A stretch of DNA of 45,089 nt, the filler included, from Catajapyx aquilonaris (taxonomy: Eukaryota): assembly GCA_000934665.2 (NCBI GenBank). It is 2 parts of 2 records of this genome, joined end to end, with 100 filler letters (N's around TTAATTAATTAA, not from the genome) between each part and the next. Parts side by side here need not be neighbours in the genome. Positions count along the whole stretch, not along the records: positions 1 to 22,497 come from JYFJ02005869.1; positions 22,598 to 45,089 come from JYFJ02005870.1. One strand, written 5' to 3'. The notes under the pieces are model-generated. The model made no database searches, was not told the DNA's origin, and saw only the letters and a list, made by a program, of their open reading frames with translations. Position numbers and translations under genes: made by a program. This document shows positions 11,773 through 24,317 of this stretch, piece after piece (within the stretch, counting starts at the first letter, position 1; each line of letters begins with the position of its first letter).

Positions 11773-13161
11773 TAATTATGATTACACAAATGGCGATTTC
11801 TAGGTTTCAAATATATCATTAGATAGACAAAGACTTGCACTATCCAGGGTTCACAGGGAGAATTTTTTGGCCTCCGAGAGTGTCATTAAAAAATTCACTT
11901 TGCGGCGTAACTCCGGCAACTAGTTAAAAAATGACACTTTTCCATGTTATTCCTTTGATAAAAAATTACGCAATGAAGATAGGTAATCAACTCGCATATA
12001 TGTTACGTAGATTTAAACAAGCTTTCTAACGATGTAGAACGTAATTTTTTGGACAATTATCCTGAGAGTTATTTAGAGTCAAGCACAGGGGCCAGTATTT
12101 TTTTTAAAAATCCGATAGTCCTGTTCCTCTTCCTGGCGCTAATATGACACGAATGAAACGTACTGTACACTGTAGCCAGTACAGTACTGTACTCTGTACT
12201 TCAAAAGCCTTTTTTTTGGGGGGGGGGGGTCCAAGGTCATATTCGCACGAATCACATTTCTGTTGGCACTGTTGGGCCACGCAACATACGTCCTGAGGGG
12301 GTGGGTGGCAGGGTGCAAATCGGCCAATGGCGACCATTGCCAGCCTGGACCTAGGAGAGTGAGCAGCACTGTGAAGGTACAATTGATGGCGTGGCAAGGA
12401 CAGAAATAAGTAGACGTACCGGTATGTCATAATAGGACTAAATTAACATACATTTTTCATGAGGTTCATTAAGTAGATTTGTCCATGAGAATTAATTGCC
12501 CTCGAATGTGTGCCAATGGGGGGACAGTCAAATTGGGGTGAATTTAACTGCAGAATAATAATGTCCATATTAAATGCATTTTATGATGCAGGATGGGTAC
12601 TGCTGGGATACAACTAAGCACCATCGTTGACACCAAGGACGTAGGCCACTGCAGCAGTCAAGTTAGTCGCAAATAAGGCACCCTGGACAAGGATGAGGCT
12701 CAGTGACCTTGGATGTAACTGCAATTAACGGTGAGTTGCGGCATAGACCGCCAGTGAAAAGCCCTAAAAATCCGGGCTGGGCAACCGACTTTAATTTTGA
12801 AAAATGTCCTTCATTTTGGAAATTCCCCCAAAAAATTGCGTTTACATGAGAACTGTGGGCCATAAAATGGTGCTGCTTGGCTTTTTTTTGGTTTAAATGC
12901 TTTCTCAAACTTTACTATAATAATGATTAATGACGGAAATTATTTAAATATTTTAATTTTATATAAATGTGACCAAAATATAATATGCTACAAGGTGTCA
13001 ACTATTTCGATTTTATTGGAAAGTCATCATACTCATCACACCTACTCTGAACAATCTTCAAACTGTCAGCTTATGAAAGAAATAAGTTTCAATTCGTATG
13101 TTGGCATGATTTACAATTAATACGCAATTATAGAAGCCTATGGCCCTATCACGGGTTAACG

Positions 13162-13162
13162 C

Positions 13163-13221
<59 letters not shown>
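13162..13221. repeat. (AAT)n microsatellite
   Basis: About 20 perfect AAT units. Confidence 0.95.
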
Positions 13222-13222
<1 letters not shown>

Positions 13223-13749
13223 CCAAACTTTTAACTCTTCTACAGGAGCTGTCCTCGCTGTGGTCTTCTGCCTATAGCTGACTGCTGAACTGCGTATTTC
13301 ATATATCAGATGCTCCAACCTTGACTGCCCTTCACCTAGTCTGGAGAGCAATTATACATGGTGAGCATTCCAGCTGTAACCTCCTTTTGTATTGCAGGAG
13401 CCCTATATTACAAGTGCCAGACATTATCTTTGCATTGTTATTTTGGACTGGAGCCAACTGTCATGATGAAGACTTTGAAAGGTTGCATAAAGCTTGATTA
13501 GTGTCTCAAAATTGAAATTTTGCTTTTGAATGCCATTGGATTAATAATTACTAGGCTGCAACAAGTCGAGTGGAAATTTTCCTGAATCTTTTACATTCAG
13601 TTATCTGGGCCATGGAATATCCTTGAATTTTTTGAAGTAATGTGACACATTTACTGTTCCAAGTTCACCTGATTAATAGTTGACAATGTCAGTACAGTGT
13701 TGTTAGCTGCCATGATCAGTTAAGAGCATTTGCATGGTTACAAGTAAAA

Positions 13750-14840
13750 TGTGATGTCATTACTACTGTATTCTAAGACTGATTGGGGAGATTTCAACAT
13801 TGCATGTCATGCTCAAGTCATGAGCAACTATCACATGTAGTGCCATTTTGGCTTCAGAATATGTCAGTTTGCAAGAATTCTTTCGCAAACAATAACATTT
13901 CTGGAATACTCTGCCATGCAATGTAGTATGTAATTTGTAGCATGTAATTTAGCATGCCAATCTCCCAGTTAATATATTTTTTCAAGCCACACTACAGCAG
14001 AAATTTGTATTATTATTCACAGATGTGAATAGTGGCAACTTAATGTGCAGTGTTGAAGGCAATAAAAGTAACTATTTGAATGAAGATATTTGGCTGACAC
14101 ATATACTCAAAGACATATTCAAAAACTGCGTTTCGATTTTTCACAGGAATATTTGTCCAATAATTGCTGTTGCAGCTCTATGGCACTCAGCTGCTTATTA
14201 TGAGGCAGTTACTCTTGCAAAGTTACACGTAATGGTTATCAAAAGCACTAGCTGCTAATATGTTAGGCCGATTGGAATCACATGTCGAAGCTCTGAATTT
14301 CAAAGCATTGAATTTTCTATTGCAAAATGGCCGAATGAAAAAATTGGCATCGACCTTGAATATTATGGAATTCATTTTTGCAGCCTTTATGAAGGATGGG
14401 TACATCAACCAAATATTAGCAGCTTATTCTTTTTGATATTTTACAAGTTTGTTCTTTGAGTCATGACACTTTAATTGTTAGTTACGCTTCTGATGAAGTT
14501 GCCAGTAGTACTTGTCTAGTGTGATGTCAGTAGGCCTACTATTCTAAGGCTGAATACAGGCGGGAGATGTCATGAAAAAATTGATGCTAAGAGATGAGCA
14601 ACTATCAGTTTATTGTTGCGCATATGTAATGGCAATCTGGCATCAAAATATGACAGCTTGTAAGATTGTTTGCAAGCGATCACATTTCTAATCTGAAATG
14701 CCACTAACCAAGTCATGCTACAGCAGAAATTTGAATTATTATTATTCACAGACTATATGTGAATAGCGGAAACTTAATGCGCAGTGGTGAAGGCAATAAA
14801 ATTAACTATTTAAGTGAAGATATTTGGCTGACACACATTC
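13750..14840. repeat. Diverged direct duplication (~13750-14104 and ~14521-14840)
   Basis: Shared blocks gtgatgtca..attctaag, atgagcaactatca, ctacagcagaaatttg, gaaggcaataaaa, gaagatatttggctgacaca. Confidence 0.8.
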
Positions 14841-16824
14841 AATGTCTTTTCAGTTCTGGAGCACTTGAAGCCCATTGGACCTAATTGGCAAATTATTAAT
14901 CCAATACAAGTCGTAACTGGACGATCCATTGGTTTTCATTCGCCATTATAACTTCCTATTTGTCTTGCGTCCATTGTTTTCAGTTTGTCAGAATGAATTA
15001 ATTCGCCACTATTAAGTCAAATGAAAGGTTCTTTGACGCATATATCTGCTGAGCTGATTGAGTTGAAATTGTGTGTTTGGCAATAGCTGTGACCTTGATT
15101 GTATCACGTGATGATAACTTAATTGCAGGATTTGAAGTACAGTATGTTGTAGTTCAAGACTGCCCACAATGATTATTATTGGTGACAAAGATGTTGATCT
15201 TGTAGACGTTCATCCAGTCTCATTTATGTGAAGGTTCTGGGTTATTTGCAGGCATCAAACATAATTTATCTTGGTGGAACTTGCAGTCTGCTAATGGCAT
15301 TATGTCACATGGCTAATGTCACATTTATCTGAGTTCTTGTCTGCTGAGCACCTGTGGGAGCGAGTGGGAGTCATTTGACATGGGCCTAGCCCTGTGTTGA
15401 CGTTATGTATCTGCACGTGAAATCAGCTGCATTGCACAATTATTGCCCAGTCTGTGCTAACACATGCTCCTAACTTTGGCCTGTAATAGGCTATTGATCA
15501 AGTTTTTGCTACCACTGTAATGTTTGAAATGGAATCATTCATTCTTCAATTCTACATCATATATGACGAAATCCTTCCAATATGATTGATTGTTCTGCAT
15601 TTGTTCATAATTTTGTCTCATTCTTTCACAGGATGTAAGGTTTGGGCCAGCTCATTTCAGCATGGAGAATCGGCCTCGGGGAGTGCAGATGTGAGTGATG
15701 CAACATTCACTACTTCGCGGAGGATGCTTTGGAGGCATAATGTGAAAATCCCACTTGGTTCGATGGACAGCAGATTTTCACCCGAATCAGATGCGTCACG
15801 CTCATCTTGGTTGTTCTTCAACTATGTTTTTGCAACTCAACACCTATGGTGAGCATCATAAACTTGTACCATTTTGCTGCTGCTATCCCAAATTGTTTGG
15901 CAGTAATTTTTAGGACTGCAATGGGATCTCTCATTATTGAGCCTTATACTTGATGGGAGGATACCGAGGAAATTTGATGTACGTAGCTGTACTCACATCC
16001 ATGATTTAATGTTAGTTTAATAAAATATGGGAAGGCAGTAATTTAATTTTAGTGAGCCCTTTCACGTCAGATTTCCAGATGGTAAAATGGGTTGAATTGC
16101 ATTTTGAGACATGAAAAAGGCAGGGAACTGTTGCAAAATGGAGGAAGATTATTGTTTGAAACTGATTAGATATCAAAATGGTAATTTTTATTAATAAATC
16201 TGTCAGATCAGGCTGCAATTAAATTTCTAAACTTTAGGTTGAAGCTGCAATTATTTACCAATAGTGTCCCAAGCATTGACGACTGAAATCGTCATTTAGC
16301 CATGTGACCAATTAAGTGCATAATTGGTCAATACTTAACGCTTTTTCCTCAGCAGATTTATGCGATTCCTCTTATGATAACAAAGGTGATTGGCATTAAA
16401 CATTTTATAGGCCTATACGGAAGTATGTTGTTGATTAAACAAATTTGCATTATGAAGGCACTTCATGATTATTGTTCTTGCTGGACAAAGTCTGGCTTAA
16501 GGATTAATCATCTGCAAGTAATTTTTTTTAGAATACCACAAGGCCAGCTGAACTAAGTGTTTCAAGGTCAGGTGAAGTGCTTTAAAATTTCCAACTAGTG
16601 TCCATTTTAATTACCAAGCCTACTTATCTGCCACCTGTCGAATAATTTCTATCAATTGTTTCCTTCTTTCTAGATAATGTCAATCATCCTGGAAAGTATG
16701 CAAGGATCAAGCAGCCTAACGAACAAGTTACTTTGAAGATCCTGGAAAAGAGCAGCAGTCAGAAGAACAGTTATTATTGTGAACATCTTTATTGCTATTT
16801 TTTGTACAGTGACAGAAATAAAGT

Positions 16825-17054
16825 GTCGTTGCCTCTCCCCCTCTGCCTACTGATGGCCGGGGAGAGGCTTCGATGGATGGGGGCCCATGGGCAAATGTAA
16901 GCTACATTTCCTCACCTTCCCCTATCCTCCCAGGGCTTGCCCTGGGGGGATAGGGGAAGGAGAGGGCAACGTAACTTACATTGTCCCACGTGCACCCCAA
17001 CCATCGAAGCCTCACCCTGACCAACAGCAGGCAGAGGTGGGAGGGGCAAGGGAC
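16825..17054. mobile_element. GC-rich ~230-bp foldback (MITE-like)
   Basis: Arms pair over the full length, e.g. gaggcttcgatgg/ccatcgaagcctc and ccttcccctatcc/ggataggggaagg, centred on cccagggc-tt-gccctggg. Confidence 0.7.
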
Positions 17055-18244
17055 TGGAGTGAACGAATGAGAGACTCTCACTGGACTCTGAAAAAAGTTT
17101 ACAGAAAAAAAGGGGAGGGGCTTGAAGATAGGCTCCGCGACAGCGGACCATGCGAATGCAGGGGGACGGCCGGGGCCGCCCGAAATTACGCCCGGACGAC
17201 CCCGGCCTTTTTTCGGCGACTACAAGAATTCAGCCTGCAAGTTTCCCCCTCTTCGACGTCATGCACTTGGCACGACGTCGAAGGGGGGAAGCCTAAATGC
17301 TGGCGGTAAATCGACCTCCCTTCAACATCATGGGCCAAGAAGTATCAACACATGATGCCGAAAATTGGATTATTTGTAGGGGGTAAATTGAGTTGGGAAA
17401 GGATGCTGCTAATGACTGGAAAGAGAAGAAAACAAATAGGGATGCAAGACAAATGCTGATCAGTCAGGACTGGCTTCCAGGATGGCACCATTTCAGCAAC
17501 AGGAAGCAAATTACTGGCACTGAAAAGAGAACAAAAATGAAATTTTTAATCCGAAAACATACCATAGAAAAGGGTCAATGCAATTACACGGAAATTGAAC
17601 CTATTGCTTCCTGTGCACAGAAATTAAACAAATTTTAGCACCCTGACATTGATATTTCCCAGCCAAAAAAAAAGTTTAATTGACAACATGATCTCGTCCG
17701 TTTTCATCGAGAGCAATGCCCAAGCTGATAACGGTCAAGTTGAAGACATCTGTAGCAGAATTGATTAAGTGGAAATGCTGTAAAGACTAGGAGCGCCCCC
17801 CATTTCCCAACAGAAAGCAGATACATTCAGAATAGTCATTTTATTGCGGTGAGGTCATTCTCTCACTAGCCAACATTGCACAGGAGCCAACACTCAAATC
17901 CACGCAACTGCATTGAGACCTTGATCTTCATGATACTGACCTACAGCAACATCTCGTTATGGGCATCATCCCCTGGAAATCACTGCTGCTCTTCCTCTGG
18001 GCGAAAGATTAATCTGAAAAGCAACAGAGATGCAAGAATGTAAATCAAAATCAGGTGAAACAATTAACATGTGTAATCCATTGTTATGCAAGACCCAATA
18101 TACACTCAGTGCCGAAAGGTCATGCGATAGAAACGTGAAACTTTTGAAGTGACACACCACCCTGGCGTGTATGCCCAGGTTTTGTTGTGAGGCGGCAGGG
18201 TGCTGAACGCAGCTCATGGCACTACTGCTTTATGACGTGGGAAA

Positions 18245-18513
18245 TTCCAGCAGGCTAATGCAGTTTCACCAGCAGGTCCAGAATTGGTTCAAGGAGCAAT
18301 CTGAAGAATGATGTGGCCAGACTGAATCATATCCAGCATTTATGGGACGTGGTGAAGAGGTCCAAAATCCTGCACCTTCAAGAATCCAGGAAGCTGTAGG
18401 TGGCTATCCAGATGGCATGGCTCGACTTATGGAATCAATGCCACGTAAACAGTTTCTGCACTTCACATCAGGCTAGAGGATACCTATCCCATGACTTTTG
18501 GCACTTGAGGGTA
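18245..18513 (+). mobile_element. Degenerate Tc1-type transposase 3' relic
   Basis: Fragments FQQANA, QNWFKEQSEE, LNHIQHLWDVVKR, LMESMPR in order (Tc1 FQQDNA / DLNPIEHLW / LVESMPRR), followed by a TIR-like end. Confidence 0.7.
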
Positions 18514-19009
18514 ATGCAGCATGCATAAAATTATGCACATTAATTCAAAATTACTGCTCAAACTGGCCCAGAAAAATAATTTGCTGATGTTAGGAGCTAT
18601 CAATAACCATGATGGTCGCAGTGGTGCAGCAGCAGTGAATTGATCAACATATGGCAGTGGGTAAGCAATTAGAAAAGTTCCAAACGATCAATATGCCCCC
18701 ACGCTATGCATAACCCTACTGGGAGACACTTGATATCGCAAACAGCTATGGGCGATCAACAGTAAATTACAATGACTGGCACAACTGAGAATGCGAGTCT
18801 CCTTAATTCCATTCAATTCTCTGAAGAGAGTGACTATGAGCTTCAGTGCTGCATTGTAAATGACATGACTAATCCTCTTCCTCATTTAACAAAAAATAAA
18901 CCTATTATCCAGCATTACATTTTAGCAATGACCCTTGGCATCTCAGGCATGAATTTACACCTTTCTTCTAGGCCACTACACTTGCCCAATGGCAGTCAAG
19001 TTTCCTGCT

Positions 19010-21078
19010 GTACCACCCCTGGAAAATCGAAAATGGCCTGGCAGTGCTCATTGATAAAAGAAAAAAAAACGCTGCCTCTGAAAACATGAAATCTGACAGA
19101 TGGAAACCATGAGTTTGAGAAGCATTTTACATCTTATAAGTGGTAGCCTTCTCACAAAATGTGTTGTTTACTTGTGTATTTGTTGTAGCTCCATAGCGAA
19201 ATTGGACACATGATGTAGTGCAATCTCCGATGAAGAATTACGGCATGTGCCCAGAAATATTGGGACTGTTCGCGAAGTGTCAGCAGCTGGTTGGACTGAT
19301 TCCGTAATCCAGAACTTCTACCCAGTGTACACATGAGCAGCTGAGCAAAACCAGAAGGCGTGGAGGGCATCAGGAGATGCAGAGTTCAGGCCATACCTGC
19401 CCATGACCTGGACGAAATGTGAATGTCTGGAAGTCCAGGTCCTGACTCTTGAGCCAATCCAGGTGACTGTACGGAAAGGTTGTCATCCATCCTGTGATTG
19501 CATCAGGAGTCCGCATTCTCATGACCAATTTGGTCATCTCCAAGTCATATGCAGACTCCTGATGCAATCACAGTATGGATGACAAACCTTTCCGTACAGT
19601 CACCTGGATTGGCTCAATATAGTCAGGGCCAACTCCTGGACTTCCAGACATTCACATTTCGTCCAGGTCATGGGCAGGTATATGGCCTGCACTCTGCATC
19701 TCCTGATGCCCTCCACACCTTCTAGTTTTGCTCAGCTGCTCTCATGTGTACACTGGGTATAAGTTCTGGATACGGAATCAGTCCAACCAGCTGCTGACAC
19801 TTCGCGAACAGTCCAATATTTCTGGGCACATGCTGTAATTCTTCACAGGAGATAGCACTACAGCATGTGTCCAATTTCAGTAGACATTTCATGAAGTGCC
19901 CAATTTCGTTATGGGGCTGCGACATATTCACTGCGAAGCACACGACACTTGATTGAACCTGCAAACTTTGCAAGTTAAATTGCAATGGCAAGGTCATTGT
20001 GACATTACATGGTTATGTTTTACTCCAATAAGGCTCAATTTCGCGATGAAAATGCACATAATCTGCATTAGTCTTTTAGTCAAGTCTTACCTTCAATGGC
20101 ATTTTTCTCATTACTAATCTGCTTAATATCTTGATTGATGGCTATTCTGTCGCTTCCCAATATAAGCAGGGCACCACTGCACAATGCCAGTCAAGTTCAC
20201 CTATCCGAAAATCACCTGCATGTCTATGTCACAAAAATATGAATTATTCGAAAATGAATCATGTTTTAATAACACACTTGTAGACCCCAACATCTCTTCC
20301 ATATGCCTCATTAGAATATAAATTACATTATAACAAATGTTACAATATACCACTTATAATCTAATGTTATCTATAGTCTACTCTCTATACTTAATTCTAA
20401 TAAATGCTACAATCATACAACATATTATAATGTTATCTAGTCTCCTATCGATACCTTAATTCTATAATAACAAATTGTTATAATCATACAACTTCTATAC
20501 TAATGAGGCATATGGAAGAGATGCTGGGGCCACAAGGTGTCATTAAAACATGATTCATTTTCTACTAATTCATATTTGTAAGATGAGCATGCAGGTGATT
20601 TTCATGCTAAGTGAACTTCACTTGCTTTGGGAAAGTACAGTGGTGCCCTGATTGTATTGGGAAGAGATTTAAATAGCCACTAAAAAGACACTGCTAAATA
20701 ATAAGCACATTATAGTGTAGTTATGAGATAAATGTCATTGAAGGGAAGACTAAACTGAAAGACAAATGCACGGTACCAGACGGTACGTGCATATTCATCG
20801 CGAAATGAAGCCTTATTGGAGTAAAACATAGCCATAAAATAATGTCACAATGCTCGTTAACTTGCCATATAACCATTTCCTCACATGTTCAATCAAGTGT
20901 CCAAGTATGATGAATACACAAGTTAGTAACAAGCACCACCACATTTTGTGAGAAGTGCATACCACTTAATAGGTAAAATGCTCCTCAACTCAGTTTCCAT
21001 CGGCCAGACTTACGTTTCCAGTGCAACTTTTTTATATACAAATTAGCACTGCCAGGATATTTTTCAGTGGTGGTATAC
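19010..21078. mobile_element. Old, diverged large foldback element with a younger insertion in its left arm
   Basis: 19010-19180 plus 19925-20315 pair with 20500-21078 (e.g. catctcttccatatgcctcattag/ctaatgaggcatatggaagagatg; tgttttactccaataaggct/agccttattggagtaaaaca); the loop holds a ~75-bp tandem repeat. Confidence 0.75.
19181..19924. mobile_element. 744-bp near-perfect palindrome with TGT...ACA termini and 4-bp TSD (Ginger-like non-autonomous element)
   Basis: Arms pair almost throughout, centre ~19530; flanked by TATT (19177-19180, 19925-19928); the empty site cttgtgTATTca is preserved in the host's opposite arm at 20911-20922. Confidence 0.8.
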
Positions 21079-22497
21079 TCGTATACACATGTGTACAAAT
21101 TACAGGTGGCTTGTCAAAGCATAAGAAGAATTAATAACTTTAGATTGTCAAAAATGTCAAAATAGATTACAGTATTAAAGGCCCATGCTTTTGACGAGAG
21201 CAACCCTCAAACTGAATATGCCATTTCAACTGACCTTATTTGATTAATTTAAATTTTAAGCACCTGTTGATAACTACGCTTCCATTCATTTTAATGCACA
21301 AGTTAATCATTCTGAACCACAATAGCAATTCACATTGAATATCTAGAAACCTTCATCATATGTGCCCTTGGACTGGGTCTCAAAAACTAATCCATCATTT
21401 TGCACTGAAATTAGTCGAATGTCTCTGCAGCCCACTAGATAAGCGCCTCACACCAGTGATCTGATTGTCTAGGGCGAGTCTTCAGCAGTGATTCCTAATT
21501 TATGCAGCCACCAAACACTAATCAGATTGCAGGCCTTTGTTTGAATGAACCTGACATACATAATGCCACTTCTGCACTTCTCCTTAGTTGCCCTCACATT
21601 TCGATCCTTCAACTCAAACTGTACGTGAATTATCCTATTTCCCATCAAGACACGACGAGGCACCAAAATCAATGAAAGCAAGAGAATAGAACTCACCAAT
21701 AAGTGCGGCAGTGTTGGCATCTGAAGTCACTCGAAGAACCATAATTGCGCTGGGGGCAGGCGATGAAATGAGGTGACCATGTCGGTTGTTGGAGTGTCTC
21801 AGCCAAATGAGTTGTCCATAGGAGAAGTCACGTCTCCTGAGCAGCATAGATGTTGGAGGCTGCTTCTGCAAAGGACCGGAGTGATAATGGCTGGGATTGA
21901 TGTTACCACTTCCCTCCCCTCAAGGCAAATATTTCCAGGTTTGATGGAATGCAGTGCAATTTTACCCACCATTACATGTCTCTTATTGTCTTCATGGCAA
22001 AATGGTGCACTTCTAGATGTGCTTCATATAAGGGTAGTAGCACATAAGGTCAAAGCAAATGCGGCCATTTGATAGCAATTTACTAGTGGTTTCACTTTTA
22101 ATTTCAATTACATTGTTGAAATATTGTTGCACCAGACATGGCTATGAGGCAATTTGACTGCTGGGTGCGAGTATCTCATTCAGAATCCTGTTGCTATTGC
22201 ACTTAACATTTCTTCACATAACCACTTCAGTGAATTCCATATTGCTGCATTTAACAGACCAAAATATAGTAATAATGCTGCACTGGCATATCTGCATTAC
22301 ACTAGGCCAAGGTCAAGTTTTGTCCACATTTTACTACACAAATTACTGACTGAACTGAGCTGGTCAAACACCACTTGATTTTACTGACCATTGCAATTAT
22401 TTGCTAATACCTGCTGCACCAAGTTGGATAAATTAGCTCACATTTTTGCCTCCAAAGCCTATTTGACAGCCTAGTGCACATCTGTGTCCAATACAGA

Positions 22498-22597
22498 NNN
22501 NNNNNNNNNNNNNNNNNNNNNNNNNNNNNNNNNNNNNNNNNTTAATTAATTAANNNNNNNNNNNNNNNNNNNNNNNNNNNNNNNNNNNNNNNNNNNN
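22498..22597. other. Artificial assembly gap/linker (44 N + TTAATTAATTAA + 44 N)
   Basis: Exactly 100 nt with a six-frame stop spacer in the middle. Confidence 0.95.
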
Positions 22598-22694
22598 AGC
22601 TGTTATTATTTGCAAAATATCTTGTCCGTATCTTCGGAGTACGCGTAAGCCAAAAACTGTGTGGTTCGGGCCGATCTGGGGCCGAAGGGGTTAA
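22598..22694 (-). mobile_element. End of a TTAA/piggyBac-like element, cut by the gap
   Basis: Reverse complement matches 42775-42871 (ttaaccccttcg...gaagatacggacaagatattt...aaataataacagct). Confidence 0.75.
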
Positions 22695-22964
22695 AGAGGA
22701 ATTCAGTGTTATACTATTTACGTGCAGTTTCAGATGGTGGCAAGTTTTCTCAGCATAAGGATATTTTGTTGCAAGATTGATTCAAGAGAATGTCCACCAT
22801 CACATCCAAATTTCTACTCTTAGACATTAGACTGATGCATACTTTCCAGTATCAAAATCAAAATGTATCTTGGACTTCATCTGGTGGAATTAACACCTTT
22901 GCCAACTACTCCACAACATGCAAATGACATTCCACTTTAATTACTAGAGGAAGTGGTTTCTCAC

Positions 22965-23134
22965 CTGCAATAAGATTGCAGCTCATGAACACCTTTGTTA
23001 ATTCATCATTATACTTGTATTCACAGAACCAGATGGAATTGTTGGCCCTGTCATATTTGTCCCAAAAGTGTGCAATTGACACACTCTCATCCTCATTGGA
23101 GTAGCAACGCTTGAACTCGTCCATGTCGAAGTTG
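22965..23134 (-). CDS. eEF1G: Elongation factor 1-gamma, coding exon 5 (start of the C-terminal EF1G domain)
   Basis: (S)NFDMDEFKRCYSNEDESVSIAHFWDKYDRANNSIWFCEYKYNDELTKVFMSCNLIA(G); ttgcag acceptor and G|gtgaga donor, in phase with exon 4. Confidence 0.95.
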
Positions 23135-23999
23135 CTGCAAAAATGGATATCAATTAACACAGAGTTCCACAGGTGGAAAAAAACACACACTAACACTCTT
23201 CCATTACAATCATGTCAATGAAATGGGTTACTTTTATTTTTTATTTTCCTACACCATTAACTAAAGCATATGCTTTCACCTTGCTCAATAATACAGCATG
23301 GAGCTTACGTTCTTGTAAGTCTCTCGTTAGGTATGAAAGTATGATCTTAAAACCTACTAGAAACCCGAGTTCTGTTTACAAATATTACTTTTTAAATGTC
23401 ACAACAGACAGATCAGCCAGCCTAGCCTGTTGGCATAAGTATGTCTCATGAGCTCATTTAATTCTCTTGATGAGACTACTAAGACTGGGATACCCTCTCA
23501 TTTGCAAGTCAGTATCGCCAAAATGAAAAATTTTAATGTGGATTTCTGGCATCTAGATGGAGCTCTGATAAATATGACTAGTCCCTTACTGGCTTGTATT
23601 GAAAATAATGCCAGCTGTGAAAAAGACGGAGGTAGGGCTAATGAGACCCCCACTACCCACCTAAGCCTATGTCGCCACAGCCTCACCATCTTGTGTGTCC
23701 GCAATTATGGATCACATGAAGACCACAAAATTTTAACATTTTAAAAATATGCAGGACCGTGTGCCACAGTTAAAGTATAAATAATAACCTGCTCGTAGAC
23801 AGGTTCTATTAAACCACAAAAATGAGATGTAACAATGTACAGCAAAACAACACTGATCCAGAATTTAAATCTAAATCAGTACAAAGTCTTGCCACAAAAT
23901 GATCTATCTCCCATTGATTACCATGTACGTTGAATTTACAAAACGTACAGGTCTCGAGATAGAGAATTATTTTTCTAGTTGCAAAAAAACTATTCTCAC

Positions 24000-24317
24000 C
24001 TTTTTGGGAAAGCCTCAAAGGGGTCCTTTGACTTCGGTTCTTCGGCCAGAGCTGCCTCTGTTGCATCTAGCTCCTCTTCTTGTGCCTGTTCCTTCTTCTT
24101 AGGTGCTTCATCTTTCTTTTTCTTATCCTCCTTATCCTTCTTCTTCTTATCTTTCTTATCATCTGACCGCTCAGTTCCCTTGCCATGGATCTCTATGAAC
24201 TTCTTCACATCAGGATGGGCCATCACCTTGCACATGGTAAAGTCACCGACAACTGACTTCACTTCTGGTTGGTTCACCATTGTGTTGAACCAACGGTTCA
24301 CATTTTGGTATGGTTTC
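24000..24317 (-). CDS. eEF1G: Elongation factor 1-gamma, coding exon 4 (end of GST-C domain and Lys/Glu-rich linker)
   Basis: KPYQNVNRWFNTMVNQPEVKSVVG...EEPKSKDPFEAFPK; tag acceptor, AG|gtgaga donor. Confidence 0.95.

Noticed and set aside
16728..16745. Minus-strand ATC TTC AAA as the eEF1G terminal KIFK*
   Set aside because: It reads RIFKV with no in-frame stop, and the upstream residues do not resemble eEF1G.
16887..17355. Overlapping 77-140 aa ORFs
   Set aside because: They span GC-rich palindromes that are poor in stop codons; no recognisable domain or splice context.
22542..22553. TTAATTAATTAA motif
   Set aside because: Centred in symmetric N runs; an assembly or concatenation linker, not biology.
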